Source of the DNA: Fimbriimonadia bacterium
GTDB lineage: Bacteria; Armatimonadota; Fimbriimonadia; Fimbriimonadales; JABRVX01
Length of the DNA stretch: 64,000 nt
Reading direction: 5' to 3'
Assembly: GCA_041483895.1 (NCBI GenBank)
Contig: JBGPGO010000015.1
Span: 1-64,000, forward strand
Position numbers and translations under genes: made by a program. The notes under the pieces are model-generated. The model saw nothing but the letters and a program-made list of their open reading frames with translations. It had not been told where the DNA came from and searched no databases. Positions 18,625 through 28,711 of the stretch are shown here, one piece after another (the first letter of the stretch is position 1; each line of letters begins with the position of its first letter).

Positions 18625-20309
18625 TGATCCATGCCTTCCATCGATGGTGGCATGGACTGTTCTTTTTTAACCGGCCCAGGCGAGACCGGCGTGCCGGGTT
18701 GCAGGTTCGCGGATTCGGACACGATCACGAGTTCATGCTCAGCGAGCCCATCCAAAACCGCGGTCCATGTCTCATTCGCAACACCGATCCGAACAGACCG
18801 CTTCTCGGCGACGTATTTGCCGAGTTTGGATCGCGGCACAAGCGGCATTTGGCATATCGGGCATTTGCCGGGTCCAGGTTTGCTCACCTGCGGATGCATG
18901 GTGCAGGTCCAGTCTGTTGACGTGTCGCCTGCCTTTCGATTGGCCATCAGCCACACGAATTTGGAACCGTTTGAATCCGTTTGGATTGCTTTCGTACGGA
19001 CGGCAATTTCCCGGACTCCCCGTCCCAAATCGAAACTCATACGAGCGAACATTCCCGGCACAAGGCTTCCGTCTTTGTTAAGCGTCTTTGCTTCGACGCG
19101 GATCGTGCGGGTCTGCTCGTCGGCTGCCGGGAACACCGATGTGATCTGGGCCGGTTTCCGCCCGGTCTCGGTTACGACCTCCACACGGGTTCCAACGTTT
19201 ATCTGGCCGGCCATGCTTTGTGGCACGTTCGATTGGACTCGGACAATGCCGACGGTGTTGAGGCGCAAGATCGTTTGGCCCGCCATTACCGCCGTCCCCG
19301 GACTCACCACACGCTCGGCCACGATAGCGTCGCTCATGGCACGCAGAATCCGGTATTCCGCCTGTATCTGCGCTCCCCGATTCGCGGCCTTGGCTGCCGC
19401 CGCTTCGAAGCCGGCAGCCTTTACGTCCGACTCGGCTGTCAAGAGATCGATTTGCACCTGATCCACGTCTGCCTGCGCGGCCTCTTTCGCGGCTTCGGTT
19501 TCTGTGAGCGAATACGCGGTGGCCAGGTACTTTCGATCGAGCGCGGCTGCTTCGGCCTGCACCGATCCGATACGGGCGGCGGCAGAGTCCTTTCGCGCCT
19601 TGGAGGCGTCGCGCTCTTTGATTGCGCTCTGGTATTCGTCGAGAGAGATCGCCTTCTGTTCGTAGAGCTTCTTCTCGCGCGCAAGGTTCTTCTGCGCGTA
19701 GTCCAGCTCCGCCGCCTTCTCGGCCGACTCCGCCTTCGCCATGTCGATCTCTTTGCGCTTCGCTTGGAGTTCGGCATTGGCGGTCTCGCGGTCTGCCTTG
19801 GCTCTCGATATGGCCGCGTCCGCACCGCGGAGAGATGCCATCGCCTTCGCGAGCATCTTGTGATGGTGCGCAATCTCCTGCCTCGCTATGGCTATGCCTT
19901 CCGTTTTGGCAGCGGCTTGGTTACCGGTCGCCGCGGATTGCGCCGATAGTTCAGCGGCATCGAGACGCCCAACGATCTGACCCGCCTTAACTCGATCGCC
20001 TGGATAGACGGTCAGGTTCGCCACTCGGCCGGGAACTCGTGCGACGATCTCCTCCTCGGTCTCCGCGGCAACGGTCGCGGGGTAGAGCGCCTCGCTCACG
20101 ACATCGCGCGTCTCCGCCACTTCCACATCGACAGCCAGAACGCCAGGCGGCGGCTTCGTCGTGGTCATATCCATCGCCTGGGCCTCGACAATCGTCATCG
20201 AGCCGGGCGCCCGCTGCGTTTTCACGATCCAACTGACGCCAAACATCGCAGCGGCCAACAAACCCAGCGTGATCCAATGCCGACGTACGAACAGTATCGC
20301 CTGCTTCAT
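18621..20309 (-). CDS. RND periplasmic adaptor with heavy-metal-binding domain
   Basis: Long coiled coil; WTCTMHP..PGKCPICQMPL motif; Met/His-rich C-terminus. Confidence 0.92.
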   Translation of the reverse strand: MKQAILFVRRHWITLGLLAAAMFGVSWIVKTQRAPGSMTIVEAQAMDMTTTKPPPGVLAVDVEVAETRDVVSEALYPATVAAETEEEIVARVPGRVANLTVYPGDRVKAGQIVGRLDAAELSAQSAATGNQAAAKTEGIAIARQEIAHHHKMLAKAMASLRGADAAISRAKADRETANAELQAKRKEIDMAKAESAEKAAELDYAQKNLAREKKLYEQKAISLDEYQSAIKERDASKARKDSAAARIGSVQAEAAALDRKYLATAYSLTETEAAKEAAQADVDQVQIDLLTAESDVKAAGFEAAAAKAANRGAQIQAEYRILRAMSDAIVAERVVSPGTAVMAGQTILRLNTVGIVRVQSNVPQSMAGQINVGTRVEVVTETGRKPAQITSVFPAADEQTRTIRVEAKTLNKDGSLVPGMFARMSFDLGRGVREIAVRTKAIQTDSNGSKFVWLMANRKAGDTSTDWTCTMHPQVSKPGPGKCPICQMPLVPRSKLGKYVAEKRSVRIGVANETWTAVLDGLAEHELVIVSESANLQPGTPVSPGPVKKEQSMPPSMEGMDH

Positions 20310-20335
20310 GCCAACCTCCTTCCGACCTCCCGGAC

Positions 20336-20638
20336 CTACTTCGTAGTTGCGTACTTAGCCGGGTCCGCGTCGAACTTCGGCTTGCATTCCGCGCAGCAGA
20401 AGTAGTAGCGTTTGCCCTTATAGTCAGAGTGCCCGGAGGCCACCTCTTTCGAGGCGATTGTGTTGCGTTGGACCGGGCAGAGGAGCTTGCCTTCCGCGTT
20501 TACATTGGCGACAGGCGCGGCATTCGACACCGTGGAGTTAGGCGGGGCATCAGACACAGTTGTCTTAGAGCAGGCGCCCAAAAGTAGACTCGCGATGAGC
20601 GCGACGAACAGTATGAACAGATTCTTTGTGCGAAACAT
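20336..20638 (-). CDS. YHS domain lipoprotein
   Basis: Lipobox LGAC; CPV..YKGKRYYFCCAECKPKFDADPAKY; AAGGAG RBS. Confidence 0.9.
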   Translation of the reverse strand: MFRTKNLFILFVALIASLLLGACSKTTVSDAPPNSTVSNAAPVANVNAEGKLLCPVQRNTIASKEVASGHSDYKGKRYYFCCAECKPKFDADPAKYATTK

Positions 20639-20678
20639 GATTTTCTCCTTGCTAATGATTGTTGGTTTTGTAACGAAG

Positions 20679-21101
20679 TCAACAATCAAGCAAAGGAGGA
20701 GCGCGGCTGTGCAGGCAGGTAAGGAAGAACTCTGAAGGTGGGCTGGAATCACCCGCGCATAGCGCAATACAAGTGTGCCGCTCGAGCTTGCCGAAGGTCG
20801 CGGCCTGAGAGCAGCAAGCCCAATCCGTGGAGATGCTCACGCTTCCGACGGAGGCGAGCGTGGCGGGAGCAAGTGTGCTCGTCCCCGCCGACAATTGGCA
20901 GCGGCAAGCGTCGGTATTGAAGTCGGAGAGGAACGTCGGCGATGAATGGGCGCAACAGGATTTCGCGCTTGGCGCCACTCGACAGCAGGGCATCTCGCAC
21001 ATCCTGCCACCGACGACATCGCTTACCGCCTGGGTTATGGTGGACCCCAGCAGCATCACCATGATCGTCAAGATCGCGAGCCGGTTCTTACGCCTGATCA
21101 T
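20679..21101 (-). CDS. Cys-rich exported leader protein with C-terminal RAPP motif (DUF2946/CutF/CruR-like)
   Basis: Signal-like N-terminus; CEMPCC, CC, CRC; ends [19 protein letters not shown]. Confidence 0.7.
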   Translation of the reverse strand: MIRRKNRLAILTIMVMLLGSTITQAVSDVVGGRMCEMPCCRVAPSAKSCCAHSSPTFLSDFNTDACRCQLSAGTSTLAPATLASVGSVSISTDWACCSQAATFGKLERHTCIALCAGDSSPPSEFFLTCLHSRAPPLLDC

Positions 21102-21234
21102 CAGCTCCTTGCTACGAGTTTACCCCATGATTCATTCCCGATTATCGGGAAAACTCATCCACCCCAGTATCCGTCCCCCGGCTGGCCAATCGGCTGCCGG
21201 GTACAATATCGGTCGAAATTCCCCCTCAAACCGC

Positions 21235-22917
21235 ATGGATCAACGCCCAACCGAGACAACACAGACCGACTTCATCCGCGAAGCAATTCGCCAAGACCTC
21301 CGCGATGGCAGGTTCGATCGTGTTCACACGCGCTTCCCTCCGGAGCCGAACGCCTACCTCCACATCGGCCACGCCAAGGCAGTCTGGATCGACTACGGCA
21401 TTGCCCAAGAGTTCGGCGGCCTGTTCACCCTTCGATTCGATGATACCAACCCGGTGAAGGAAGAACAAGAATTCGTGGACGCCATTATCGAGGATGTGCG
21501 CTGGCTGGGGGCGGATTGGGGAGATCGGCTCCGCTTCGCGTCCGATTACTTTGACCAGATGTACGCCTGGGCCATCGATTTGATCACGAAGGGCAAGGCT
21601 TACGTCTGCGACCTGAGCGCGGAGGAGGTGAGCGCGACGCGCGGGACGCTCACCGGTCCCGGTAAGAACAGCCCCTATCGCGAACGCGCCGTCGAACAAA
21701 ATCTCGATCTTTTCCGTCGCATGCGGGCAGGGGAATTCCCCGATGGCGCAAAAACCCTTCGCGCCAAAATCGACATGGCATCACCCAACATGAACATGCG
21801 CGACCCGGTTATGTATCGCATCCTGCACGCCGAACATCATCGCCAGGGCGACAAATGGTGCATCTATCCGATGTACGATTGGGCGCACGGATTGGAAGAT
21901 TCAATCGAGGGCATCACCCACTCGCTCTGTTCGTTGGAATACGAGAATCACCGCCCGCTGTATGACTGGTTCCTGGATCAGTTGGAAATCTATCACCCGA
22001 GGCAAATTGAATTTGCGCGCCTCAATCTGCCCTACACGGTGATGAGCAAGCGGCGGTTTATCGAGCTCGTGGGGGACGGACATGTGAACGGTTACGACGA
22101 TCCTCGCATGCCTACCCTTGCGGGATTGCGCAGGCGTGGGTATACACCAGAGGCGATCCGGGAGTTCTGCCGCCGCATCGGGATCGCCAAGACCGACAGC
22201 GTTGTGGATGTTGCATTTTTGGAAGATTGCGTTCGCGAAGACCTGAACAAACGCGTGCCTCGTGTGATGGCCGTACTGGATCCCCTGCGAGTGGTTCTTG
22301 TCAACTATCCGGAGGGCCAATCCGAAGAGCTGGATGTGGTTAACAATCCCGAGGACCCCGCCGCAGGGACGCGAAAGGTCCCGTTCGGTCGGGAGCTGTT
22401 CATCGAGCGCGAGGACTTTCGCGAAGAACCACCGCCCAAATTCTTCCGCCTTGCTCCGGGCCGGGAGGTGCGGCTCCGCAATGCCTACCTGGTCACCTGC
22501 ACGGAAGTCGTCAAGGACGCCGCCGGCAACATCATCGAGCTGCGTTGCACATACGATCCAGAGACCCGCGGCGGAGGCGCCCCGGACGGCCGAAAGGTAA
22601 AAGGAACCCTGCATTGGGTCGCCGCGAGCACAGCCCTAACCGCCGAGGTCCGCCTTTACGACCACCTGTTCACAAAACCGAACCCCGACGACACGGAAGA
22701 AAGACAAGACTATCTCGCGAACCTAAATCCCGCATCGCTAACGGTCGGAACCTGCCTTATCGAGCCGAGCGTCGCGGCCGCCCCCCCCGGCGCGCGGTAC
22801 CAGTTCGAGCGAACGGGCTATTTCTGCGTTGATTTGGATTCAAGGTCGGAGACCCTGGTATTCAATAGGACGGTGGCATTGAGAAGTTCTTGGAAGAAAG
22901 CGGAAGCGTGTGGATAA
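21235..22917 (+). CDS. glnS: Glutamine--tRNA ligase
   Basis: [21 protein letters not shown] and QFERTGYF motifs. Confidence 0.97.
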   Translation: MDQRPTETTQTDFIREAIRQDLRDGRFDRVHTRFPPEPNAYLHIGHAKAVWIDYGIAQEFGGLFTLRFDDTNPVKEEQEFVDAIIEDVRWLGADWGDRLRFASDYFDQMYAWAIDLITKGKAYVCDLSAEEVSATRGTLTGPGKNSPYRERAVEQNLDLFRRMRAGEFPDGAKTLRAKIDMASPNMNMRDPVMYRILHAEHHRQGDKWCIYPMYDWAHGLEDSIEGITHSLCSLEYENHRPLYDWFLDQLEIYHPRQIEFARLNLPYTVMSKRRFIELVGDGHVNGYDDPRMPTLAGLRRRGYTPEAIREFCRRIGIAKTDSVVDVAFLEDCVREDLNKRVPRVMAVLDPLRVVLVNYPEGQSEELDVVNNPEDPAAGTRKVPFGRELFIEREDFREEPPPKFFRLAPGREVRLRNAYLVTCTEVVKDAAGNIIELRCTYDPETRGGGAPDGRKVKGTLHWVAASTALTAEVRLYDHLFTKPNPDDTEERQDYLANLNPASLTVGTCLIEPSVAAAPPGARYQFERTGYFCVDLDSRSETLVFNRTVALRSSWKKAEACG

Positions 22918-22981
22918 TGTCCAGTCGTTGAAGTGCGCAATTACGCTTACTTGCGTCATTGCCTAAGGGGAGTATCAGCTT

Positions 22982-23803
22982 GTGACCGACCATCCTGAAG
23001 GGTTATGGGATGATCTCAGCAAGAGATTGCTGAGGCCTGCAGACGGCGCCGAAATGAATGCGCGTGCCGTGGTGACTGAGTTCTTTGCGGAGAGGAAGGA
23101 TGAGGTTTTTTTCAGCCGACAAATCGAGGTCTTGCACGAGGATGACTTCTTCCATTGGGTAACGAATCGTGCCATAAGAGACCTTGTATCTCGGGGGTAA
23201 ATACGAACAGAAACTCGCAAGCTTGAGACAGGTGGTCGAATAAATCTGCTCTGGCATAAGAGCTTACGATATGAAAAGCGACCCGCTCAACGTGTGCAAA
23301 AGTTGGTGGAGGAGTATGCAAGTCCCAACATAGGAATAGCGCTTGGCCTGCAAGGGGAGCTAATGGTCTTGGAAGGCCTCAGCAAATTGGAGTTTGTTGT
23401 TAAGGGAAGAGATTCGCGTTCTTTTGAAGGATTGACTTGGACAGAAAGTCAACACGACCTTGACTTCATCGTCATGCGGGACGGTGTGGGATACGGAGTT
23501 GAAGTGAAGAATACGCTTGGCTATATGGATCATGAGGAGCTTAAAACCAAGCTTGAAATGTGTAAGTTCTTGGGATTGAGGCCATTGTTTGTTGTTCGGA
23601 TGTTCCCGAGATCGTGGATTCACGAGGTGAACCAATCTGGCGGATTTGTTCTGGTATTGAAGTGGCAACTTTACCCATGGACGCATAGATCGCTTGCGGT
23701 AAGGGTGCGTACAGAGTTAGGACTTCCAGTTGATTGTCCTCGGTCCCTAGCGGATGGAACTATGCAGCGATTTGGCAATTGGCATGTAAAAACGGTGATT
23801 TAG
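22982..23803 (+). pseudogene. PD-(D/E)xK nuclease-like gene broken by one in-frame TAA
   Basis: ORFs 22982-23200 and 23294-23803 are in the same frame; the only stop is TAA 23198-23200; HDLDF..GVEVKN motif. Confidence 0.75.
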
Positions 23804-23994
23804 GGGAGGAATTCACGGAAGGGGGATGCTTTTGAACCTGATTTGGAGCACCTCTATAAATACGTAGTTGCTAGTCGGTTTCCTGAAGGGTCTTTGTGCC
23901 GCTAGCCAATGAGCGTGGTATGGGTCGTAACGGTCCCCACATTTAGTATCCAGCTTGACCTTCTCTATTACCGAATGCTAAGATCAGCGGCCTT

Positions 23995-24070
23995 TGCCGG
24001 ATAGCTCAATTGGCAGAGCACCTGACTCTGGATCAGGAGGTTCTAGGTTCGAGCCCTAGTCCGGCAGCCA
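23995..24070 (+). tRNA. tRNA-Gln(CTG)
   Basis: Cloverleaf with U1-A72, anticodon arm CCTGA-CT-CTG-GA-TCAGG, ends GCCA; TTGACC-N18-TAAGAT upstream. Confidence 0.96.
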
Positions 24071-24306
24071 ATAATGTGGCCCACCCGCCCGGACCTTCGG
24101 TTCCGCCTCCGGTCGGTTTCCGCGTCCGGTCCCCGCGCTTCGCTTGGGGCTGCGTCGCTTTGCGCCCAATCACGAAAAGGGCAAAGCCAGATGCGGCGGG
24201 CTACGACGCTCGCCGTCCATGGCTCGCTGTTCCGGGGAACACGCCTCCAACAATTCAACCTTGTCGGTCAAATTTGAATTTACGGCTTCGCCGAACCTGG
24301 ATTAAC

Positions 24307-24825
24307 CTATGGCTTCGCCCAAAACCCCGACGCTAGCAGGGCCCTACTGACACTGGCCGAAGTTGAATCTAGACCATTGGCCACTATGACATATTCTCCC
24401 GGTTGCAGCAATACTCCCGGACTCTGATTCAGTTGAGCAGAAACAGTAGGGTTGCTGCCGGTGAGTTGGTTTGCACCAGTGACCCATATTCGCAGTTCCC
24501 CTGAATCGGTGTCCCGCCGATAAATCGTGTAGAACTTGTCGGACCCGGCCAAGGGGCTGATCCCGTGAACGGCGACAAGCACGGGCAGCCGATTCTTCGA
24601 ATCAGGCGTGATCAGCAGACGCCAGCCGGAGACGTTACTCCCCGGATCGGTAAACCAATCGGCGGCATTGGCAGAATAGCTCCAAAAGTCCGACTGGTGC
24701 GGTAAACCCGGAACCGCGTAGAACGTTGCACCCTGCGCCACAGCGGGACGGGTCAGCAACACCCCCACTGAAACGCCGAATAAGAACAAAGCCGACACAA
24801 AAAGAAACAATGCGTTGCGTTGCAT
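24307..24825 (-). CDS. Secreted hypothetical protein, paralog A
   Basis: Signal peptide; GGAGG RBS; homologous to 24936-25412. Confidence 0.85.
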   Translation of the reverse strand: MQRNALFLFVSALFLFGVSVGVLLTRPAVAQGATFYAVPGLPHQSDFWSYSANAADWFTDPGSNVSGWRLLITPDSKNRLPVLVAVHGISPLAGSDKFYTIYRRDTDSGELRIWVTGANQLTGSNPTVSAQLNQSPGVLLQPGEYVIVANGLDSTSASVSRALLASGFWAKP

Positions 24826-24935
24826 ACGAACACCTCCGTATGCTAATTCCTGCTATTTATGGAAAGTCCTGTTTGTCCCCAACAAAATCCACAATCCGAT
24901 TCGGAGATTCCCCGCACCCGCACAGTTGCATTAAC

Positions 24936-25412
24936 TTACGGTTTCGCCCAAAAACCGGACAGCAGCAGGTACCGGAATGACGAATTAACGCCGTCTGGCA
25001 CCCTAATGAAATACTCTCCCGGTTGCAGCAATACTCCTGGACTCTGATTGAGCTGTCCAGAATCATAGCCAGTGCCGAGACCGATATTTGTGGTAGCACC
25101 GTGTGTCCAATCCCTGTACTGCCCCGATTGATACACTTTGATCTCGTAGTAGCCGTGAATGGCAACCAACACAGGTAAACGATCCTTTGAGTCAGGTGCG
25201 ATTACAAGCTTCCAGAACGACTGCCCTGTATTGGGATCGACGTACCAATCACTCGAATTTGCCGAATAACTCCACATATCCGATTGTCGCGGGAAACCCG
25301 GATAAGCGTAGAATGTAGCCTGCGCCGCTGCTGGACGAGTCAACAACACCCCCACCGAAACACCGAACAAGAACAGAGCCGAGACAAAGAGAAACAATGC
25401 GTTGCGTTGCAT
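24936..25412 (-). CDS. Secreted hypothetical protein, paralog B
   Basis: Same first 28 aa as paralog A; AGGAGG RBS. Confidence 0.85.
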   Translation of the reverse strand: MQRNALFLFVSALFLFGVSVGVLLTRPAAAQATFYAYPGFPRQSDMWSYSANSSDWYVDPNTGQSFWKLVIAPDSKDRLPVLVAIHGYYEIKVYQSGQYRDWTHGATTNIGLGTGYDSGQLNQSPGVLLQPGEYFIRVPDGVNSSFRYLLLSGFWAKP

Positions 25413-25501
25413 AATAGAATTACCTCCTACACAAGCATTGTCCCTCGGAAACGGTAATCCTGCAACTTTGCCAGAAAACTCGCTCACCGACCTCGGACAC
25501 C

Positions 25502-25711
25502 TTAGGCGCTCTTCAGGTCCACTGTCACGGTCTCAAACTGCTTGCCCTCAACCGACTCCCGGACCGCCTCAACATACAACTCGATGGCCTCGGGGATATT
25601 GTTCAATGCTTCTTCCCGAGTCTCGCCTTGGGAAACACAGCCAGGAAGAACAGGCACCAAAACCGAATAGCCGCCTTCGTTTTCGGGAATGAGTTGGACT
25701 GTATACGTCAC
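25502..25711 (-). CDS. hicB: HicB family antitoxin (no adjacent hicA)
   Basis: GGYSVLVPVLPGCVSQGETREEALNNIPEAIELY motif. Confidence 0.85.
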   Translation of the reverse strand: MTYTVQLIPENEGGYSVLVPVLPGCVSQGETREEALNNIPEAIELYVEAVRESVEGKQFETVTVDLKSA

Positions 25712-25718
25712 GGGGATA

Positions 25719-26117
25719 TTATAACTCTTTCCGCTTGCGCCAAATCATTGCGTCGAGGCTCCAATCTCCACCGCCTTGCGCCGCCAAGAATAGGAAGATG
25801 AAACAGAGCAACACGGCGGGTTCGCCGTGGTTTTGGATGGGCCACGCCCCGTTGGGTTGGTGAAACTGGAAATAGGCCACGGCCATCTCGCCGGATAGGA
25901 TGAAAGCGACCGGCCGAGTGAAGAGCCCCAGCATGATCAGCGCGCCGCCAAAGAACTCGAGCGTCCCGCCGATCCAGACCTGCGTTGTCATGACAGCGCC
26001 GGGCGGCATCCCACCGAACCAGTGGAATAACATCATGCCGCCGACCTGCACGAACAACAGCCCAGCAACGACGCGAAGCAAGAAGTGCGTGACCTGTACG
26101 GCCCGTTCCTTGTTCAT
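25719..26117 (-). CDS. DoxX family membrane protein
   Basis: LGLFTRPVAFILSGEMAVAYF and GGGDWSLD motifs. Confidence 0.9.
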   Translation of the reverse strand: MNKERAVQVTHFLLRVVAGLLFVQVGGMMLFHWFGGMPPGAVMTTQVWIGGTLEFFGGALIMLGLFTRPVAFILSGEMAVAYFQFHQPNGAWPIQNHGEPAVLLCFIFLFLAAQGGGDWSLDAMIWRKRKEL

Positions 26118-26602
26118 CGACTGCCTCCCACGAGTTCGGCGAGACGATCCAGCATTTCGATCCAGCTCGGATAAGCCCCCGTTCGCTTCGCAACCGACTC
26201 CAAAACCGTCTGATGCAGAGTGACCTTTGTCTTCCCATCATCCTCCGCGAAAGTTACTGTCACCGTCGTCTCACTCGGCCACTCAGGATCCATGCCGGCA
26301 TCCACTGGCTCTATCAAATTGCCGTTCTCATCCGATATGGCAAGTGTGTACACGATCCGCTCCGGCGCAACGATTTCGCGATAGACGCCCTTGCACCAAC
26401 AGTCATGATGATTGGGATTCTGGATGCAGTGGTGAAAGACGCCACCTTCGCGCACATCGATCATTTTGATCTGGATTGTGCAACCCCTCGGAGCATACCA
26501 TCGCTCGAGCTGCTCGGGATCGGTCCATGCATTGAACACGAGTTCCCTCGGGGCATCAAAGATTCGCGTGATGAGAACTTCTCGATCAGTTGCAACGCTC
26601 AT
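26114..26602 (-). CDS. SRPBCC/AHSA1 domain protein
   Basis: ITRIFDAPRELVFNAWTDPE and GVYREIVAPERIVYT motifs. Confidence 0.92.
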   Translation of the reverse strand: MSVATDREVLITRIFDAPRELVFNAWTDPEQLERWYAPRGCTIQIKMIDVREGGVFHHCIQNPNHHDCWCKGVYREIVAPERIVYTLAISDENGNLIEPVDAGMDPEWPSETTVTVTFAEDDGKTKVTLHQTVLESVAKRTGAYPSWIEMLDRLAELVGGSR

Positions 26603-26964
26603 TTCAACATCCTTTCTTCGTTCTCCTTGATCCTCGCCTTGATCAGCTTCTTCACGAGCGCGACGGGGAGCGGTTTGCCGGGCAAAAAGTGGATAGTTGC
26701 CTTGGCAGTCTCATACGATTTGAGTTCGTCCTGGAATGCATCCATTGTCCTTGTGCCCATAACAAAGAAACTGCAGTGATTCTTGAAGGCAGCAAAGCCC
26801 ACAAGCAGCCCATGATATTTGTACGCCGGAATCTGGTAGCTGATGACCTCGACAGCCTTTGGTGCGACGGATTTGATCGTCTTCCGGAGGTCTTCCAACG
26901 ACCTCCGCGCATCTTCCGGCACCGACGCAAGGTAGGAGTCTACATCTCTCGCCGCGGTTCTCAT
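26599..26964 (-). CDS. YdhG/DUF1801 family protein
   Basis: DVDSYLA, EVISYQIPAY and KPLPVALVKKLIKAR motifs. Confidence 0.88.
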   Translation of the reverse strand: MRTAARDVDSYLASVPEDARRSLEDLRKTIKSVAPKAVEVISYQIPAYKYHGLLVGFAAFKNHCSFFVMGTRTMDAFQDELKSYETAKATIHFLPGKPLPVALVKKLIKARIKENEERMLK

Positions 26965-27422
26965 GCCAACTCACCGAGAAGCTGCTCGAGTCGGTCATAG
27001 GCCTCGCCCGCACCTTTCTCCATCCCGGACTGGAACGCCGCGTTGCGACCCGCCTTTGATGGGAACCACATCGTTGACGTAAGCCTCGTCTTGCCATCGA
27101 TCTCGTCAAAAACGGTCGTTACTACCGCCTCCTCATTCGACCACGGCTCCACGTCAAAGATCTGCGTGCGAACCACCCGCGAAGGGGGGCTCACTTCACG
27201 ATACACTCCCTTGAACGGAAAGTCCTGGCCCTCAATTCGGTTGACGAGCCGATACGCGCCACCAACCCGCAGATCGATCGTGCAATGAGGCGCGGTGTAG
27301 TCTTTCGGTCCCCACCATCGCTTGAAATGCTCGGGTTCGGTCCACGCTTTCCATATCACATCCGGCGGCGCATCGAAGACGCGCGTGATGACAAGCTCTC
27401 TGTCCGCATTGGTTTCGCTCAT
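26961..27422 (-). CDS. SRPBCC/AHSA1 domain protein
   Basis: ELVITRVFDAP..WWGP and SGMEKG motifs; AGGAGG RBS. Confidence 0.9.
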   Translation of the reverse strand: MSETNADRELVITRVFDAPPDVIWKAWTEPEHFKRWWGPKDYTAPHCTIDLRVGGAYRLVNRIEGQDFPFKGVYREVSPPSRVVRTQIFDVEPWSNEEAVVTTVFDEIDGKTRLTSTMWFPSKAGRNAAFQSGMEKGAGEAYDRLEQLLGELA

Positions 27423-27482
27423 GTTGCTACTCCTCCTATCCTTCTTGTCAATTCCCAAGTTGTCCTGCGTGTAACATCCAGA

Positions 27483-27833
27483 TCACGCTTTGCGACTACG
27501 CCGCTTCTCCTTTTTCTGCAGCTCCTGCAGATAGTCGTCCAGCCGATCGAAGCTTTCCTCCCAGAACCGGCGATAGTGCTCGACCCAGTCCGCAACCTCT
27601 CTCAGCCGTCCCGCCTTCAATCGGCAGGGCCGCCATTGGGCCTCCCGGCTGCGTGCGATGAGCCCCGCCCTTTCCAAGACTTTCAGGTGCTTGGAAATCG
27701 CCGGCAGGGTCATATCGAACGGCTTTGCCAACTCTGTCACAGAGGCATCTCCCGACGCCAGCCGCGCCAGGATCGCCCTGCGGGTGGGGTCGGATAAGGC
27801 TGAAAAGGTTGTTGTCAGATGATCTGCCAGCAT
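27483..27833 (-). CDS. ArsR/SmtB family transcriptional regulator
   Basis: ALSDPTRRAIL and AISKHLKVLERAGLI motifs. Confidence 0.93.
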   Translation of the reverse strand: MLADHLTTTFSALSDPTRRAILARLASGDASVTELAKPFDMTLPAISKHLKVLERAGLIARSREAQWRPCRLKAGRLREVADWVEHYRRFWEESFDRLDDYLQELQKKEKRRSRKA

Positions 27834-27842
27834 TCTTGTTTC

Positions 27843-27897
27843 ACCATTCGGTTAGATAACCGTTTGGTATAATACCACAGAATTTTTGGGATGTCAA
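27843..27897 (-). promoter_or_regulatory. Sigma70 promoter TTGACA-N17-TATTAT with overlapping inverted-repeat operator
   Basis: -35 at 27892-27897, -10 at 27869-27874; ACCATTCGGTTA / TAACCGTTTGGT inverted pair at 27843-27868. Confidence 0.8.
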
Positions 27898-27926
27898 GGA
27901 GTTTTTTGAAAAAATGTTTGTTCCCG

Positions 27927-28484
27927 TTACCGATCCCTAACGGACTGCAACCGGTGGACAAATTCATCGCTTCCTTTGATGGCAGCGAGCTCAATTGAAT
28001 GCTGCTCCATATAATCCCAATCCAAATTCGGTCCCTGACGACGCACGATCCCATTGACATCCACCCAATCCTGATCTCGTCCGGCAAACGCCTTCATCAA
28101 TATCAGATCTTCTGCCGAGACCACCGTGAGCTTGATCCCATCCCCATACTCAACGGAAATCCGCCGCTCTATTACCAATTCCTCATATGGAAACCCAGCC
28201 AATGCGACATCGATGGCGATGCCATCTTCACTTTCCAAGAGCAGCACTCGAGCTTCACGAGCAAAGTCGCGTGCATCGGAAATCCGTGATTTGAACGCCC
28301 CAAGCAACTCGACGACGTAATCATCTTCGCCGCCCAGCGAGGTGAAAAGTGTTACATCTACGTCCAACGTTGAGCGAATCTCACCCCATGCAAGATTTGC
28401 AATTCCTCCGATAAATGCAAACTTCCACTGACGTGCCGTGAAATAGTCCTCAACCTTGACTGCCACGGCCAGAATGTCATGCAT
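27927..28484 (-). CDS. Nucleotidyltransferase-fold protein (AbiEii/DUF6036-like)
   Basis: IGGIA..RSTLDVD and EDLILMKAFAGRDQDWVD motifs. Confidence 0.8.
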   Translation of the reverse strand: MHDILAVAVKVEDYFTARQWKFAFIGGIANLAWGEIRSTLDVDVTLFTSLGGEDDYVVELLGAFKSRISDARDFAREARVLLLESEDGIAIDVALAGFPYEELVIERRISVEYGDGIKLTVVSAEDLILMKAFAGRDQDWVDVNGIVRRQGPNLDWDYMEQHSIELAAIKGSDEFVHRLQSVRDR

Positions 28485-28686
28485 TACGTGCCTTCAAAAA
28501 GGCTCGGTACCACTCGATAAGGCCTGTTGTCGTTCGAGGGGGGAGATTCTTTCTCAAGAATGATGTATCTGGTAGTTGCCATACCGCCACGGCGGTCACA
28601 ACCTCCCGCAGCTCGCACGTTTGCAAGGCTTTCACGCGGGCAAAGCCAAAACCTGCGCCGAGCATCAGTTTGGGGTCTGGTTTCAC
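28477..28686 (-). CDS. Small protein coupled to the nucleotidyltransferase (putative TA partner)
   Basis: Overlaps the downstream start; TACAAT 6 nt before the GTG. Confidence 0.6.
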   Translation of the reverse strand: MKPDPKLMLGAGFGFARVKALQTCELREVVTAVAVWQLPDTSFLRKNLPPRTTTGLIEWYRAFLKARNA

Positions 28687-28711
28687 AAACTCATTGTACT
28701 CGATGGGTCGC

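Noticed and set aside
13999..21234. Efflux operon as an island integrated at tRNA-Ala
   Set aside because: No duplicate of the tRNA-Ala 3' end and no integrase seen; composition looks like the host
20827..21234. Long N-terminal extension of GlnRS (and similar extensions of rpiB, thiolase, cytochrome b and the GH38-like gene)
   Set aside because: These are ORF-caller overextensions overlapping opposite-strand or upstream genes; family homology begins at the later start
23198..23200. Recoded stop (Sec/Pyl) in the nuclease gene
   Set aside because: The codon is TAA, not TGA or TAG, and TAA is a normal stop elsewhere in the window
24307..25412. Diversity-generating retroelement TR/VR pair
   Set aside because: Differences are not adenine-specific, both copies are intact genes, and there is no reverse transcriptase in the window
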